Origin: Hemiscyllium ocellatum
Lineage: Eukaryota
Reading direction: 5' to 3'
Length of the DNA stretch: 64,000 nt
Assembly (NCBI RefSeq): GCF_020745735.1
Contig: NC_083409.1
Coordinates: forward strand, 16,416,789 to 16,480,788
Shown: positions 33,961 through 46,800 of the stretch, in pieces
Position numbering within the stretch: position 1 is the stretch's first letter
Layout of the letters: each line of letters opens with the position of its first letter
Translations under genes and position numbers: made by a program
Notes under the pieces: generated by a model
The model's database searches: none
The model's input: only the letters and a program-made list of their open reading frames with translations
Told to the model about the DNA's origin: nothing

Positions 33961-36099
33961 AGTTTTGGAAACTTGGTCGGCATGGATGAGTAGAGCTGAA
34001 GGGCCTGATGCCATGCTGTAAACCTCCATAACTCTATGATGATGTCCACATGGTCCATCTTCCCATAGGCCCAGTAAACATGGACCTCCTTCCCACTGGA
34101 ACCTCCAATAGGCACCAATAAACATGGACCTCCTTCCCACTGGATGCTTCAGAAGAGACCAGTAAACATGGGCCTCCTTCCCTCAGGACTGTCCAATATG
34201 TGAGCTGCAAACTCCACATCCTCTCCATCACGTAGGTCTCTTATTTCAGTCTTAACGACATTGTCCGTCTCTGCACTACCTCAGCCCCTTGACCACAGAA
34301 AGCCTAATTCCTGTTTGTCCTGCCTTCTAACTATATGATTCCAATGTCCTCTCCCAGCTTCCTGAAGCCAAATCCCATAAACGCCAGCTTGTCTGATATG
34401 GCGTGGTCTCTTCCATGTCTTTCCATGTGTTATTCCAGAATGACCCCTGACTTCACTGACAGCCAATTGCCTCCATGACCTTTCTCCTCCCTCACTCTGT
34501 GCCCTGCTGCAGATTCACATTCCCTCCCTCCCCCTTCCATCTTCTCTCGCTGGTCTCCTACCCATTGCTGCTTCCTCCATCCCAGTATTGACAGCAGAGC
34601 CTTCAGACCCCTAGAGCTCTCTGACCCCCTGCCCTTCATCCCTCCCCCTCTCAATTGTTGTGCTATTGAATATACTGTTGAGTGCCATTACTTTTGGTTC
34701 ACTGTTCCCTTGCCATTGATTTGCTGATGTAGTCCAGTAAATCTAGTCTGGCGTGTTCCCTGAGGTGGTTCAAGAGCGCTTTCCTTGAGAAAACACTTTT
34801 CTGTAAACTGGGTTGTCTGTTTCTCCCAGTCTTTGTGTAAAGGTGAGACTAAGTGTGTGTAAGCTCTTATACAGCACAGACAGAGGTCACTGGGCCTGTA
34901 GTGACTGTTAGTCAAATTAGTCCCATGAGTCCCATTTCCCCAGCCCTTCCTGTATAACCCTGCAATTGTTTCCTTTACACCTATTTGTCCAAATGCCCTT
35001 TTGAAAGTTGCTGTTGAATCCACTTCCACTCACCTTGCAGACAGTCATCATGAACTCGCTGGATAAAAATGTTCCTATCTTCTTTCTTGGTGTTCAGACC
35101 CTGTCTGAAATGTGTGCCCTCTGGTTACTGACCCTCCTGCCTGGAGAAACAATTTGTCCTGTATTTACTGCATTCAAACTCTCTAATTGGGGACCCCTCA
35201 TTGAGTGAGACCTATTTCCAGCACAGGGGGAGAACATTCAGCCTGTCAGTGAAATGCTGTCATTTAATGGAGCCATCCAGTCAGTCCCACCCCCTACCCT
35301 ACTCGATCCTCAGAGCCTTGCAGGTTTATTTCCATCAAGAGCCCATCCAATCTGCCATTGCAATCAATGTTTCTTCACCTGCCTCACCTGAATGGGCACT
35401 AATTTTGAAGTCATTGCCAATTGCTGCAAAAAACAAAGTTCTTTCTGTCGTTTCATATCTCTTGCCCAACAAAATGTAAGGTAATCTCAATGTAAAGATG
35501 GGATTTTGTCTCCACACGGACTGTGCGGTGGTCACCCTTACTGATACTGTCATGGACAGCTACACCAGCAGCAGGTAGGTTGGTGAGGGTGATAGTGAGT
35601 TTGTTTTTCCCTCTTGTTGGTTCCCTCACCACCTGCCCCAGGTCCAGTCTAGCAGCTGAATCAGGTGGAACTTGGCCAGCTTGCTCAGTAGTGATGCTTC
35701 TGAGCAGCTCTTGAAGGTGGACTTTGAAGTCCCTTACTCAGGGTATATCCTGCATCATTCCCACCCACAGTGCTCCCTCCAAGTGTTGTTCAATATGGAG
35801 GAGGACTGACTGCTCAGTTGAGGTTGGAGCGGAGGGCGGTGCTATGTGGTAATCAGCAGGAGGTTTCCTTCCCCATGTTTGACCTGCTGTCATGAGGCTT
35901 CATGGGTTCCATAGTTAATGGTGAGGACTCCCAGGGTAACTCCCTTTCGACTGTACACACCACTGTGTTGCCTCCCCTGCTTGGTCTATCCCGCCAGTTA
36001 AAAACTGAATGAGGGAACAATTCTGTGCAGGTTTCACAGCTTAGAGACAGAGCTGCTGCTGGATTCTGTTTCTGATCTCCGAGTGCAGGTGTGTGTGTT

Positions 36100-36295
36100 T
36101 GTGAGCTGCTCCGAGCTCCTTCTTTCATTTCCTCTCTTGGTGAAGTTTCAACCTTCCGATCTGACAGCCTTTGCAGTTATTTTTTATACTGGGGCTTTCT
36201 GCTGTGGTCAGAATCTCTAATAATAAATGTCCGATCAGTGACAATCACAGCAGCTAAGAGCAGTCAGGACTGAGGAGCCAGGCTCACTGGGAAAC
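36100..36295 (-). promoter_or_regulatory. Conserved upstream element, copy 3 (orphan module)
   Basis: TTTCATTTCC 36123-36132 reads GGAAATGAAA on the minus strand; TATAAAAAA retained. Confidence 0.55.
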
Positions 36296-37921
36296 ACATT
36301 GGAAAGGTCACAGCCATCTTCTTCAGCTCCCAGTACAAACTCCATCCCTCTCCCTGAGCCCTGTCTGCTGCTCAACCAGACTCTTTTCAACCTGGGCCTC
36401 ATCTTTGGGGCTGTTCTGAGTCCCACATCTTCCACATCACAAAGATCAGCCACTGAAAATCTCAGCCATCCTGTTGTGAATCCAAACATGGGCATTCGAA
36501 TATTGTGCTTGCACACATCACAGACACTGCACTCACTCTTCCCAAAGTCTGCTGCCAATGTCCAGACTTGCACCAACTTCTATTTCCCCAATCCCCTGCA
36601 CACCACGTCTACATTGGCTCCTGGAACAGCAACACTTCGGTCATCAAATTCTCATGCTTGTTCTCAAATCCATCCCTGTCCTTCACTCTCCCTATCTCTG
36701 TAACCTCCTCCAAGCTGTGTTGCTTAGTGTGGTCTGCAATCTTGGATAAATGGCTCGCTATTCCTTCATCCAAGTCATTGAGAAATATCATGAAATGCTT
36801 AGGTCCCAGCGCAGATCCCTGGGGACACCAATATTCACATTATTGGAGAGCACACACATCATCCCTCTTCTCTGTCTCCTATATCGAAAGGCCACCTACA
36901 TCCAAATGAATTCCTCACCAAAGACAGATATTTTTCTCTAATTGGCTTAATGGTAGGAAGCAGAGGTTCATAGTGGAAGGATGCTAGTCTGACTGGGGGC
37001 CAGTGACTTGTGGAGTGCCTCAGGGTTCAGTGCTGGACCCATTATTGTTTGTTATCTCTATCAATAATTTGGATGAGAATCTGCAAGGCATCATTAGTAT
37101 GTTTGCAGACGACACTACAAGAAGCGGTGTCATGGCCTTCATCAGTCAGGGTACTGGGTATAGAATTTGGGAAGTTATATTACAGATGTACAGGATATTG
37201 GTGAGGTCTCACTTGGAGTATTGTGTTCAGTTTTGGTCACTTTGTTATAGGAAGGATATTATTAAACCACAAAGAGTACAGAAGAAATTTACAAGGATGT
37301 TGCCTGGACTCAATGATCTGAGTGACAGGAAGAGGTTGGACAAATTAGGATTCATTTCTTAGAGCGTAGGAGACTGAGGGGGATCTTTTAGAAGTAGAAA
37401 AGATCATGTGAGACATGGATAGAGTGAATGCACTCAGTCTTTTTCCCAGAGTTGGGGAATCAAGGAGTAGAGGGCATCGGTTTAAGGTTAGAATAAAAGA
37501 GAACCTGAGGTACAACATTTTTACAGCAAGGGTCGTCCGCATATGGAATGAGCTGCAGTGGAAATGATTGAGGGGGGTAGATTAACAACATTTAAAAAGC
37601 ATTTTGACAAATACATAGATAGGAAAATCTTTGAAGGATATGGGCCAAGTGCAGGGAAATGCGGTTAGTGTGGATGGACATTTTGGTCAGCACGGTCCAG
37701 TTTGGGCCAAAGGGCCTGTCTCTGTACTGCAGGACTCGATGATTCTGTGACTCTATATTTCCATTGTGTCCATGTTTATAAACAATCTCTCATACATAGA
37801 AGCAAAGGAACTAGGAGCAGGAGGAGGCCATTCAGCCCTTTGAGTCAGCTCCACCATTCAATATGACCATGGTTGATTATTCAACTTAGTCCCCTGTTTC
37901 CATTTTCCCCCATAACCTTTC

Positions 37922-38709
37922 ATCCCTTCGCCAAAAACGGATACCCACGCAACTTTATCACCAGATGCCTAAGAGATAGACCACGGAATGAGGACATGCC
38001 ACAACCAAAAGGACTAGCCACACTACCATACGTCAGGAGCGTCTCAGAACTGACAGCCAGACTACTGCGACCCTTAGGACTCATAACAGCACACAAGCCA
38101 ACTTCCACACTCAGACAACAACTCACTAGAACAAAGGACCCAATAGCCAGCACGAGCCAAACTAATGAAGTTTACAAAATACCATGCAAGGACTGCACAA
38201 AACACTATATAGGACAAACAGGAAGACAGCTAACAATCCGCATCCATGAACATCAGCTAGCCACAAAACGACACGACCAGCTATCCCTAGTAGCCATACA
38301 CTCAGACAACCAGGAACATGAATTTGACTGGGAAAACACTACCATCATAGGACAAGCCAGACAGAGAACAGCCAGGGAATTCCTAGAGGCATGGCATTCA
38401 TCCACAAACTCCATTAACAGACACATGGACCTGGACCCCATATACAAACCACTACAGCTGAAACTGACACCCGGAAGCGGCAAGAACATCCATCAACAGA
38501 CACATCGACCTGGACCCCACATACAAACTACTACAGCTGAAACTGACACCCGGAGGCGGCAAGAACAAACCACTATAAATACCGGAAGAAACATCAAAGC
38601 AGCGCTTTACAGGAGGCTCCAATAGCACTGATGATGTTCCCTAGCCAGGGAACGAAACGTTTGCAGCAAAAACTTCCAGCTCGGCGAACAGAACCACAAC
38701 AATCCCTTC
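37922..38709 (+). mobile_element. Young Penelope-like element (GIY-YIG) with 8-bp TSD
   Basis: ORF 37873-38625: TLPYV..VYKIPC.DC..HYIGQTGR..RI.EH; ATCCCTTC at 37922-37929 and 38702-38709; internal ~65-bp tandem duplication. Confidence 0.92.
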
Positions 38710-39999
38710 AGTCCCAAGAACTGTACCTATCATCTTCTTGAAAACATTTCATGTTTTGGGCTCAACTGCTTTCTGTGACAGAATATTCCACTAGCTTCCC
38801 ACTCTCTGGCTAAAGAAATGTCTCCTCATTTCAGTCCGAAATGGCCTTTCCCTTTTCTTTAAACTGTAATTCCTGGTTCTGGATTTTCCAGTCATTAGGA
38901 ACATCCTTCCTGTGTTTTTCCGGTCTTGTCCTGTTAGGATTTTACAGGTTTTAATGTGATTCCTCTCAATCTTCTAAACTCCAGTGAATATAGTCCTAAC
39001 TGATCCAGTTTCTCAACAAATATAAGTGCTGTCCTCCCAGGAATCAGTCTGGTAAACCTTCATTTCCCTCCCTCCACAACCAGAACATCATTTCTCAGAT
39101 ACTGAGTCCAAAACTGCACACAATAGAATCATAAAATCACACAGTACAGAGGAGGCCCTTTGGCCCATTAACTGTGTACCAGCCAATTTCCACTAAACCT
39201 ACACCTAAGTCTCACTTTCTAACACAAGGCCCATCGCTTGAATGTTATGACATTTCAACTACTCACCCAAGTACTTTTTCAGGTTTCCCACTTCAACTAC
39301 CTTTCCATGGTGTGCATTCAAAAACCACATCATCCTCTGGGTGAAAAACAATTTCCTCAAAACATCTTGAAACCTCCTATCTTTCACATTGAATGTGAAC
39401 CAACTTGTTATTGACCACCACCCCCCGACAAAGGAAGACAGCTGCTTTCTCTCCACCATGCCCATTCCCCTCATAACCTTATACACCTCTATCACGTCCC
39501 CCCTCCACGTTCTCTGCGCTGAAGAAAACAACCCGAGCTGATCCAATTTCTCTTCATCACTGAGAGGTTTAATCCCACGTAACATCCTGGTGATTTCCCT
39601 CTGCACCCCATCCAGTGCAATCACATCCTTCCTACAGTGTGGTGACCTGAACTGCACACAGTACTCCAGCTGTGACCTAACTAATGTTCTGCTTAACTGC
39701 ACCATATCCTCCTGCTTTTATAACCAATACCTGAAATGACAAATACAAGTGCCTTCATAACTGCTCTGTTAACCTGTCTTGCCACATTCAGAGATCAGTG
39801 GGCAAGTACCCCAAGATCACTATGTACCACTGAGCTTCGTCAGTTCAAAGAACAAAGAAAATTACAGCACAGACTCAGACACTTCGGCCCTCGAAGCCTG
39901 CGTCGATCCAGAACATCGACCTAAACTGGTCATCAATTTTCCAAGGATCTTTATCCCTTTGCTCCCTGCCCGTTCCTGTGTCTGTCTAGATACATCTTT

Positions 40000-41700
40000 A
40001 ATGGTGCGACCATGCCTGCCTCTATTACCTTGGCTGGCAACACGTTCCAGGCACCAACCACATTCTGTGTAAAGAACTTTCCATGCATTTCTCCCTTAAA
40101 CTTTCCCCTCTAACGTTCAACTCATGACCCCGAGTAATTGAGTCCCCCACTCTGGGAAAAAGCTGTGTGCTACCCACTCTATCTCTCCCACACATGATTT
40201 TGTAGATCTCAAGCAGGTCTCCCCTCAACCTTCGACTTTCTCATGAAAATAATCCTGATCTACTCACCCTTTCTCCATAGCTAGTGCCCTCCATACCAGG
40301 CAATCCCAGTGAACCTCCTCAGCACCCTCTCCAAAGCATCCACATCCTTCTGGTAATATGGCGACCAGAACTGTGGGCAGTATTCCAAATGTGGCCAAAC
40401 CAAAGTCCGATATAATTCTATCATGACCTGCCAACTTTTGTACTCAGTTCTCCACCCGATGAAGGAAAGCAGGCCATATGCCTTCTTGACCACTCTATCG
40501 ACCTGTGTTGCAACATTCAGGTTACAATGAACCTGAACACCCAGATCTCTCTGTACATCTATTTTCTCCAGGACTTTCCATTCACTGTATAGTTCATCTA
40601 GAATTGGATCTTCCAAAATTCATCAGCTCGAATTTGTCCAGATTGAACTCCATCCATCCGTTTCTCTGCCCAACTCTCCAATCTGTCTATATTCCGCTGT
40701 ATTCTCTGACAGTCCCCTTCACTATCTGCTACTCCACCAATCTTAGTGTCATCTGCAAACTTGCCAATCAGACCACCTATACCTTCCTTCAGATCATTTA
40801 TGTACATCACAAATAACATGGATCCCTGTGGAACACCACAGGTCAGTTTTCAATTTTGAGAAACTCCCTTCCTCTACTATTGTCTGTCTCCTGTTGCCCA
40901 GCCTGTTCTCTATCCATCTGGCTAGTACACCCTGGACCCCATGTGACTTTAATTTCTCCATCAGGCTATCATGGGGAACTTTGTGAAACACCTTACTGAA
41001 GTCCATGTATATGACACAAACAGCCCTTTCCTCATCAATCAACTCTGTCACTTCTTCAAAGAATTCTATTAAGTTAGGAAGATATGACATTCCCTGCACA
41101 AAATCATGCTGCCTATCACTGATAAGTCAATTTTCTTCCAAATGTAAATAGATCCAATCCCTCAGTATCTTTTCCAGCATCTTCCCTACCACTGACGTCA
41201 GGCTCACCGGTTGATAATAACCTGGATTATCCTTGCTGCCCTTCTTAAACAAGGGGAAAACATTAGCAATTCTCTAGTCCTCTGGGATCTCTGCCACGTT
41301 CAAGGCGGCTACAAAGATATCTGTTAAGGCCCCAGCTATTTCCTCTCTCGGTTCCCTCAGTAACCTGGGATAGATCCCATCCCGACATGGGGACTTGTCC
41401 ACCTTAATGCTTTTTAGAATACTCAACACTTCCTCCACTCTTAAACCGACTTGACCTAAAGTAATCAAACATCTATCCCTAATTTCAACATCCATCTTTT
41501 CCCTCTTCTTGATGTCTACTGAAACAAAGTACTCATTAAGAAGCTCTCCCATTTTCTCTGACTCCACGCCTAACTTTCCTCCTTTGTCCTTGAGTGGGCC
41601 AACCCTTTCACTGGTCACCCACTTGCTTCTTTTATATAAATAAAAGGTTTTGGGATTTTCCTAAACCCTGTTTGCTAATGATATTTCATGACCCCTTTTA
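40000..41700 (-). mobile_element. CR1-type LINE RT fragment
   Basis: ORFs 41274-41618, 40794-41099, 40598-40819 (FADDTKIGG), 40281-40616. Confidence 0.9.
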
Positions 41701-42049
41701 GCCCCTTTAATTCCTCATTTCAGATCTGTCCTACTTTCCCGGTATTCTTCCAAAGCTTTATCTGTTTACAGCCACATAGACCTTATGTATGCATCCTTTT
41801 TCCTCTTAGCTTGTCTCACAATTTCTTCTGTCATCCAGGGTTCCCTAATCTTGCCATCCCTCTGCTACCTTATCTTGAACCTTCCCCAAGAGTATGAGCA
41901 AAAGTACCACAGAGGACATTAGTTCCAGTCCTGCCCAGGTGTAGACCATCTGATTTTTAATAGTCCCACTTCGCCCAGAACTGGTCCTAATGTCCCAAAA
42001 ATCTGAGCATCTCCCTCCTACACCATCTCTCAAGTCACGCATTCATCCT

Positions 42050-42330
42050 GCTTTTTTTTTCATTTCTGCTACGTGGCACTGGTAGCAATCCTGAGATTAC
42101 TACCTCTGAGGTTCTACTTTTTAACGTGGTTCCTAACTCCTAAATTCTGCTGTAGGACCTTATCCCATTTATTACTGATATCATTTGTGCCTACATGCAC
42201 CATCACAGCTAGCTGTTCACCTCCCCCTTCAGAATGTCCTGTAGCTGATCTGACACATCCCTGACCTGTGCACCTGGGAGGCAACATGCTATTCAGAAGT
42301 CTCATTTTTGACCACAGATCCATCTGCCTT
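42050..42330 (-). mobile_element. CR1 ORF1 esterase-like fragment
   Basis: V.VHVGTND motif in ORF 42114-42323. Confidence 0.65.
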
Positions 42331-43199
42331 CTCCCCTTACAAAGTCCAAATAAACCATATCCATGGGGTCCATATTATCACATCCACTTGCTACATCCTT
42401 GAACAATTCCAGGTGATTTGTTAAGCATATTTCCCTTTCGTAAATCTATGCTGACTCTGTCCAATTCTGTCACTGTTTTCAAAGTGCTAAGCTATAAAAC
42501 ATTTTAGACTGATCTTGAACATTTTCTCCACTGCTAATGTACGGTTAATTGGTCTCAAATTCCTTATTTTCCCTCTCTCTCTCTTTTTCAATAGTCGTGT
42601 TAAATTAGCTGCCCTCCACTCTCTAGAACCTATCCCACAGCCGACAAACAGATAACTGTCAGTGTTTCCAGTATTTTACAACCGCTTCCTGAAGTACTCC
42701 CGAAAATAGATTATTTGTCCCTGCTGATTTAACATACTTTAATTTTCCCAGAACCATTTCCTACAAAAACTGATTCCTTTAGTTCCTTCCTCTGATAAGA
42801 CCCTGGGTTCACCAACATTTTTAAGATATATTTGAGAATTCATTTGTGAAGAAAGATCCAGAATATGTTTATCTGTCATCTCTTTGTTTCAATTATAACA
42901 TTATAACATTTGTGTGTAACTTCCTTGAATGTCATCTGGATGTCCATATAAACAACACATTCCCTTATCTCACACATTAGTGACCTCTTTATAGTATGTC
43001 ACCAGGTTAGTTGAAGATGTCTGAACCTCTTTAAATCCATGATGACTTACTCTGATCAGGTTAGATTTGTCAGATATTCTGTCTCTAAAACTAGATTCAA
43101 TCAATTCCCAACAACAGACATTCAACAGAGATGTTCATTGTGAGAGGTTAGTAAACAGATAGCACTGACACGAAGGGCTGAACAACCTCCTCCTGGAGT

Positions 43200-44465
43200 C
43201 ATTAAGTCATAGAGATGATCAGCACGGAAACAGACCCTTCAGTCTAACCCATCCATGCCGACCAGATATCCCACCCCAGTCTTGTACACTTGCCAACACC
43301 CGACCCATCGAAACCCTTCCTATTCATTTCCCTATCCAGATGCATTTTAAATGTTGTAATTGTACTAGCCTCCACCATTTCCTCTGGCAGCCCATTTCAC
43401 ACACACACCACCCTCTGCGTGAAACATTGGCCCCCTCAAGTCTCTTTTATGTTTTTTCCCTCTCACCCTAATCCTATGCCCTCTAGTTTTGGACTCCCAA
43501 CCCCAGGGAAAAAACCTTATCTCTTTATCCTATGCATGCTCCTCATACTTTTATAAACCTCTATAAGGTCACCCCTTAGCTTCTGATGCTCCAGCGAAAA
43601 AAGCCCCAACCTATTCAACTTCTACCTATAACACAAATCCTCCAAACCTGGCAACATCCTTGCAAATGTTTTCTGAACCCTTTCAAGATTCACAACATTC
43701 TTCAGATAGGATGGAGACCGGACTTGTGCACAATTTTCCAAAAGTGGTCTATCCAATGTCCTGTACAGCCGCAACATGACCTCCCAACTCCTGTACTCAG
43801 TACTCTGACCAATAAAGGAAAGCATACCAAATGCCTTCTTCACTATCCTATCTACCTGTGACTCCACTTTCAAGGAGATATGAAACTACACTCCAAGGTG
43901 TCTTTGTTCAGCAACACTCTCTGGGGCCTGACCATTAAGTACATACGTCCTGCTAAGATTTACTTTGCTAAAATGCAGCACGTCACATTTATCTAAATTA
44001 AACTCCATCTGCCACTCTTTAGCTCATTGGACCTTTTGATCAAGATCCCATTGTTATCTGAGGAAACCTTCTTCACTGTCCACTACACCACCAAATTTTG
44101 GTGGCATCTGTAAACTTACTAACTATATCTCCTATGTTCACATCCAAATCATTTATATAAATGATGAAAAATAATGGATTCAGCACCAACCCTTGTGGCA
44201 CTCCACTGGTCACAGGCCTCCAGTCTGAAAAGCAACCCTCCACCACCATCCGCTGTCTTCTACTTTTCAGCCAGTTCTGTATACAAATGGCTAGTTCTCC
44301 CTGTACTCCATAAGACATAACCTTGCTAAACAGTCTCCCATGTGGAACCTTGTTGAATGCCTTACTGAAGTCCACATAGATCCCGTCTAATACTCTGTCC
44401 TCATCAATCCTCCTTGTTACGTCTTCAAAAAAACTCAATCAACTTTGTAAGACATGATTTTGCAC
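43200..44465 (-). mobile_element. CR1-type LINE RT fragment
   Basis: ORFs 44073-44438, 43622-43873. Confidence 0.88.
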
Positions 44466-44996
44466 ATATTATTGGGCAATACACAGTGTACATTGTGTCC
44501 AGGAGCATCTTGAAAAGGTGTCTTTCTCTGGTTCCATTTTCAGCTCCAGGGCTGTCATGAAGGAGCTGAAAGAATTTTTGGTGACGTAGTTTAGGACGGT
44601 GAGGGCTGTGTGAAGGGTTTCAGCAGTGACTGATGATTGCAGCTCCTTGTTCAGTCTGCTCCTCCCCACCACTGGTCAAGCCATGTAACCTCCTGTCACA
44701 CTGAGTGACATTGCAATCCATATCATAGTGTCAGTGCCAGCAAATAGCAGCATCACAGTCTGACCCACTGGGACAGGCATCACTGCCTGACATCAAAACA
44801 CGGAGCCTGAAACCCCTCCCCCCATGCTCATAAACCCTACAGCATCGAAAAAAAACGGACACACAGCTCCTTCTATTACACACTGACCACCAGAGAGCCC
44901 CTTCAGAGGTAGAAGTCAGCATCGAAACTGAGAGAGAGGGAGAGATGGGGTGATGCAAAGACAAAGAGAGGGAAAGAGGAGAGAGAGAGACAAATA

Positions 44997-45028
<32 letters not shown>

Positions 45029-45090
45029 CGGAGAGGGAGCCAATTATTGGGAGCCAGCTGCTGTCCATGTCTGAGGGAAGGAGTCTTATT

Positions 45091-45900
45091 CCATAAGACC
45101 ATAAGACCATAAGACCATTAGACATAGGAGTGGAAGTAAGGCCATTCGGCCCATCGAGTCCACTCCGCCATTCAATCATGGCTGATGGGTATTTCAACTC
45201 CACTCACCTGCATTCTCCCCGTAGCCCTTAATTCCTCGAGACATCAAGAATTTATCAATCTCTGCCTTGAAGACATTTAGCGTCCCGGCCTCCACTGCAC
45301 TCTGCGGCAATGAATTCAACAGGCCCACCACTCTCTGGCTGAAGAAATGTCTCCGCAATTCTGTTCTGAATTTACCCCCTCTAATTTTAAGGCTGTGTCC
45401 ACGGGTCCTAGTCTCCTCGCCTAACAGAAAAAATTTCCTAGCGTCCACCCTTTCCAAGCCATGTATTATCTTCTAAGTTTCTATTAGACCTCCCCTTAAT
45501 CTTCTAAACTCCAATGAATACAATCCCAGGATCCTAAGTCGTTCCTCATTTGTTAGACCAACCATTCCAGGGATCATCTGTGTGAATCTTCGCTGGACAT
45601 GTTCCAGTGCCAGTATGCCCTTCCTGAGGTGTGGGGACCAAAACTAGAAACAGTACTCCAAATGGGGCCTAACCAGAGCTTTATAAAGTCTCAGTAGTAC
45701 AATGGTGCTTTTATATTCCAACCCTCTTGAGATAAGTGATAACATTGCATTCGCTTTCTTAATCATGGGCTCAACCTGCATGTTTACCTTTAGTGAATCC
45801 TCGACTTGCATTCCAAGATCCTTCTGCACTTTGGCTTAACGAATTTTCTCACTGTTTAGAAAGTAGTCTATGCTTTTATTCTTTTTGCCAAAGTGCAAGA
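45091..45900 (-). mobile_element. Young CR1-type LINE 3' end with (TCTTATGG)n tail
   Basis: CCATAAGA tandem at 45091-45118; ORFs 45194-45457, 45644-45829. Confidence 0.85.
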
Positions 45901-46204
45901 CCTCGCATTTGCTTACGTTGAATTCCATATTCCAATTATGTCAGACCTTGGTGAGGCCGCACCTGCAGCACTGGGTCCAGTTTTGATTTCTTCCCGATGG
46001 AAGGATAGACTCACCCAGACTCTACCTGGAAGGAGTGCAGCAAAGATTCGTGAAGCTGATTCCTGGCATAAGGGGATTCTCCGATAAGGCCAAATGGAGT
46101 CTGTTGGGACATTATTCCATGGGGTTTAGTGGAGCAGGCTGGAGGGACTGAATGGCCTCCTGCTGTCCCTATTTCTTCTGTTCTGATGATGGTGTCAGTT
46201 TGTG

Positions 46205-46500
46205 CTGATGAGAAATGGGGTTCCTCTGTTGAAACTGCTCCTGATTTACTGATGGAGCTGGAAGCCAGGAGAAGCTGCAGAAGCTTCAATTTCTAACCAG
46301 AAACTGCCCACGCGGCCTCTTGGACACCATGAGCTGGTTTACTGTGCCCAGCACCGACATCCCCCTCCCTGACAGGGCTCTGTCTGATTGGATTCTCATT
46401 GTTACATTTTCCCAGTTCTGGAGGAGACTCCATCCTCTGATCCAGCATCCCGGCACATTCCCAAACCTGAGATCCAGACCCAGAGTGGACCTGTACCTCT
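46205..46500 (+). pseudogene. Possible heavily decayed Ig C-kappa exon
   Basis: Collinear weak matches to shark C-kappa protein recalled from memory: KLLLI~KLTLL (46232), TRNCPR..D~TSNYLR..D, SDWxxxxxFS (46383-46412), ETPSS~ETLSS; frameshifts and stops. Confidence 0.4.
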
Positions 46501-46539
46501 CAAATATCAATCCCAATGATGACATTCCACTCGGTCCCT

Positions 46540-46800
46540 TGCTGCAGGGAAAGGATCAGCCAGGGCCGTATTCTTCAGCCATGGAGAATAATGACAGGAT
46601 ATTTGGAGTCTGAGTTTGATGATGTAAATGTGAACCATTGCAGCAAAGACATTAAAGATGGTTTGTGCAGACAGCAAAGCCCAAACCAGAGCATTGTCAA
46701 AAAATGACTTTTTCCTAGTGAATGTGGTCCATCCTGCTGAGTATTCGATAAAGCTGGGCTTTGGAGAGATATTGGGCAGATGGAGTGTAATGTGGGGACA
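46540..46800 (+). other. Unique 3'UTR-like segment, copy 1
   Basis: Inverted homolog at 51250-51580, which retains AATAAA; partial copy at 31360-31520. Confidence 0.5.

Larger units (their letters stand above)
31550..36900 (-). repeat. Orphan copy of the V-upstream module, no V gene
   Basis: CR1 piece, GA tract, unique segment, minisatellite (split by CR1 at ~32.8-34.0 kb), conserved element and L2 relic in the same order as upstream of unit 2. Confidence 0.75.
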
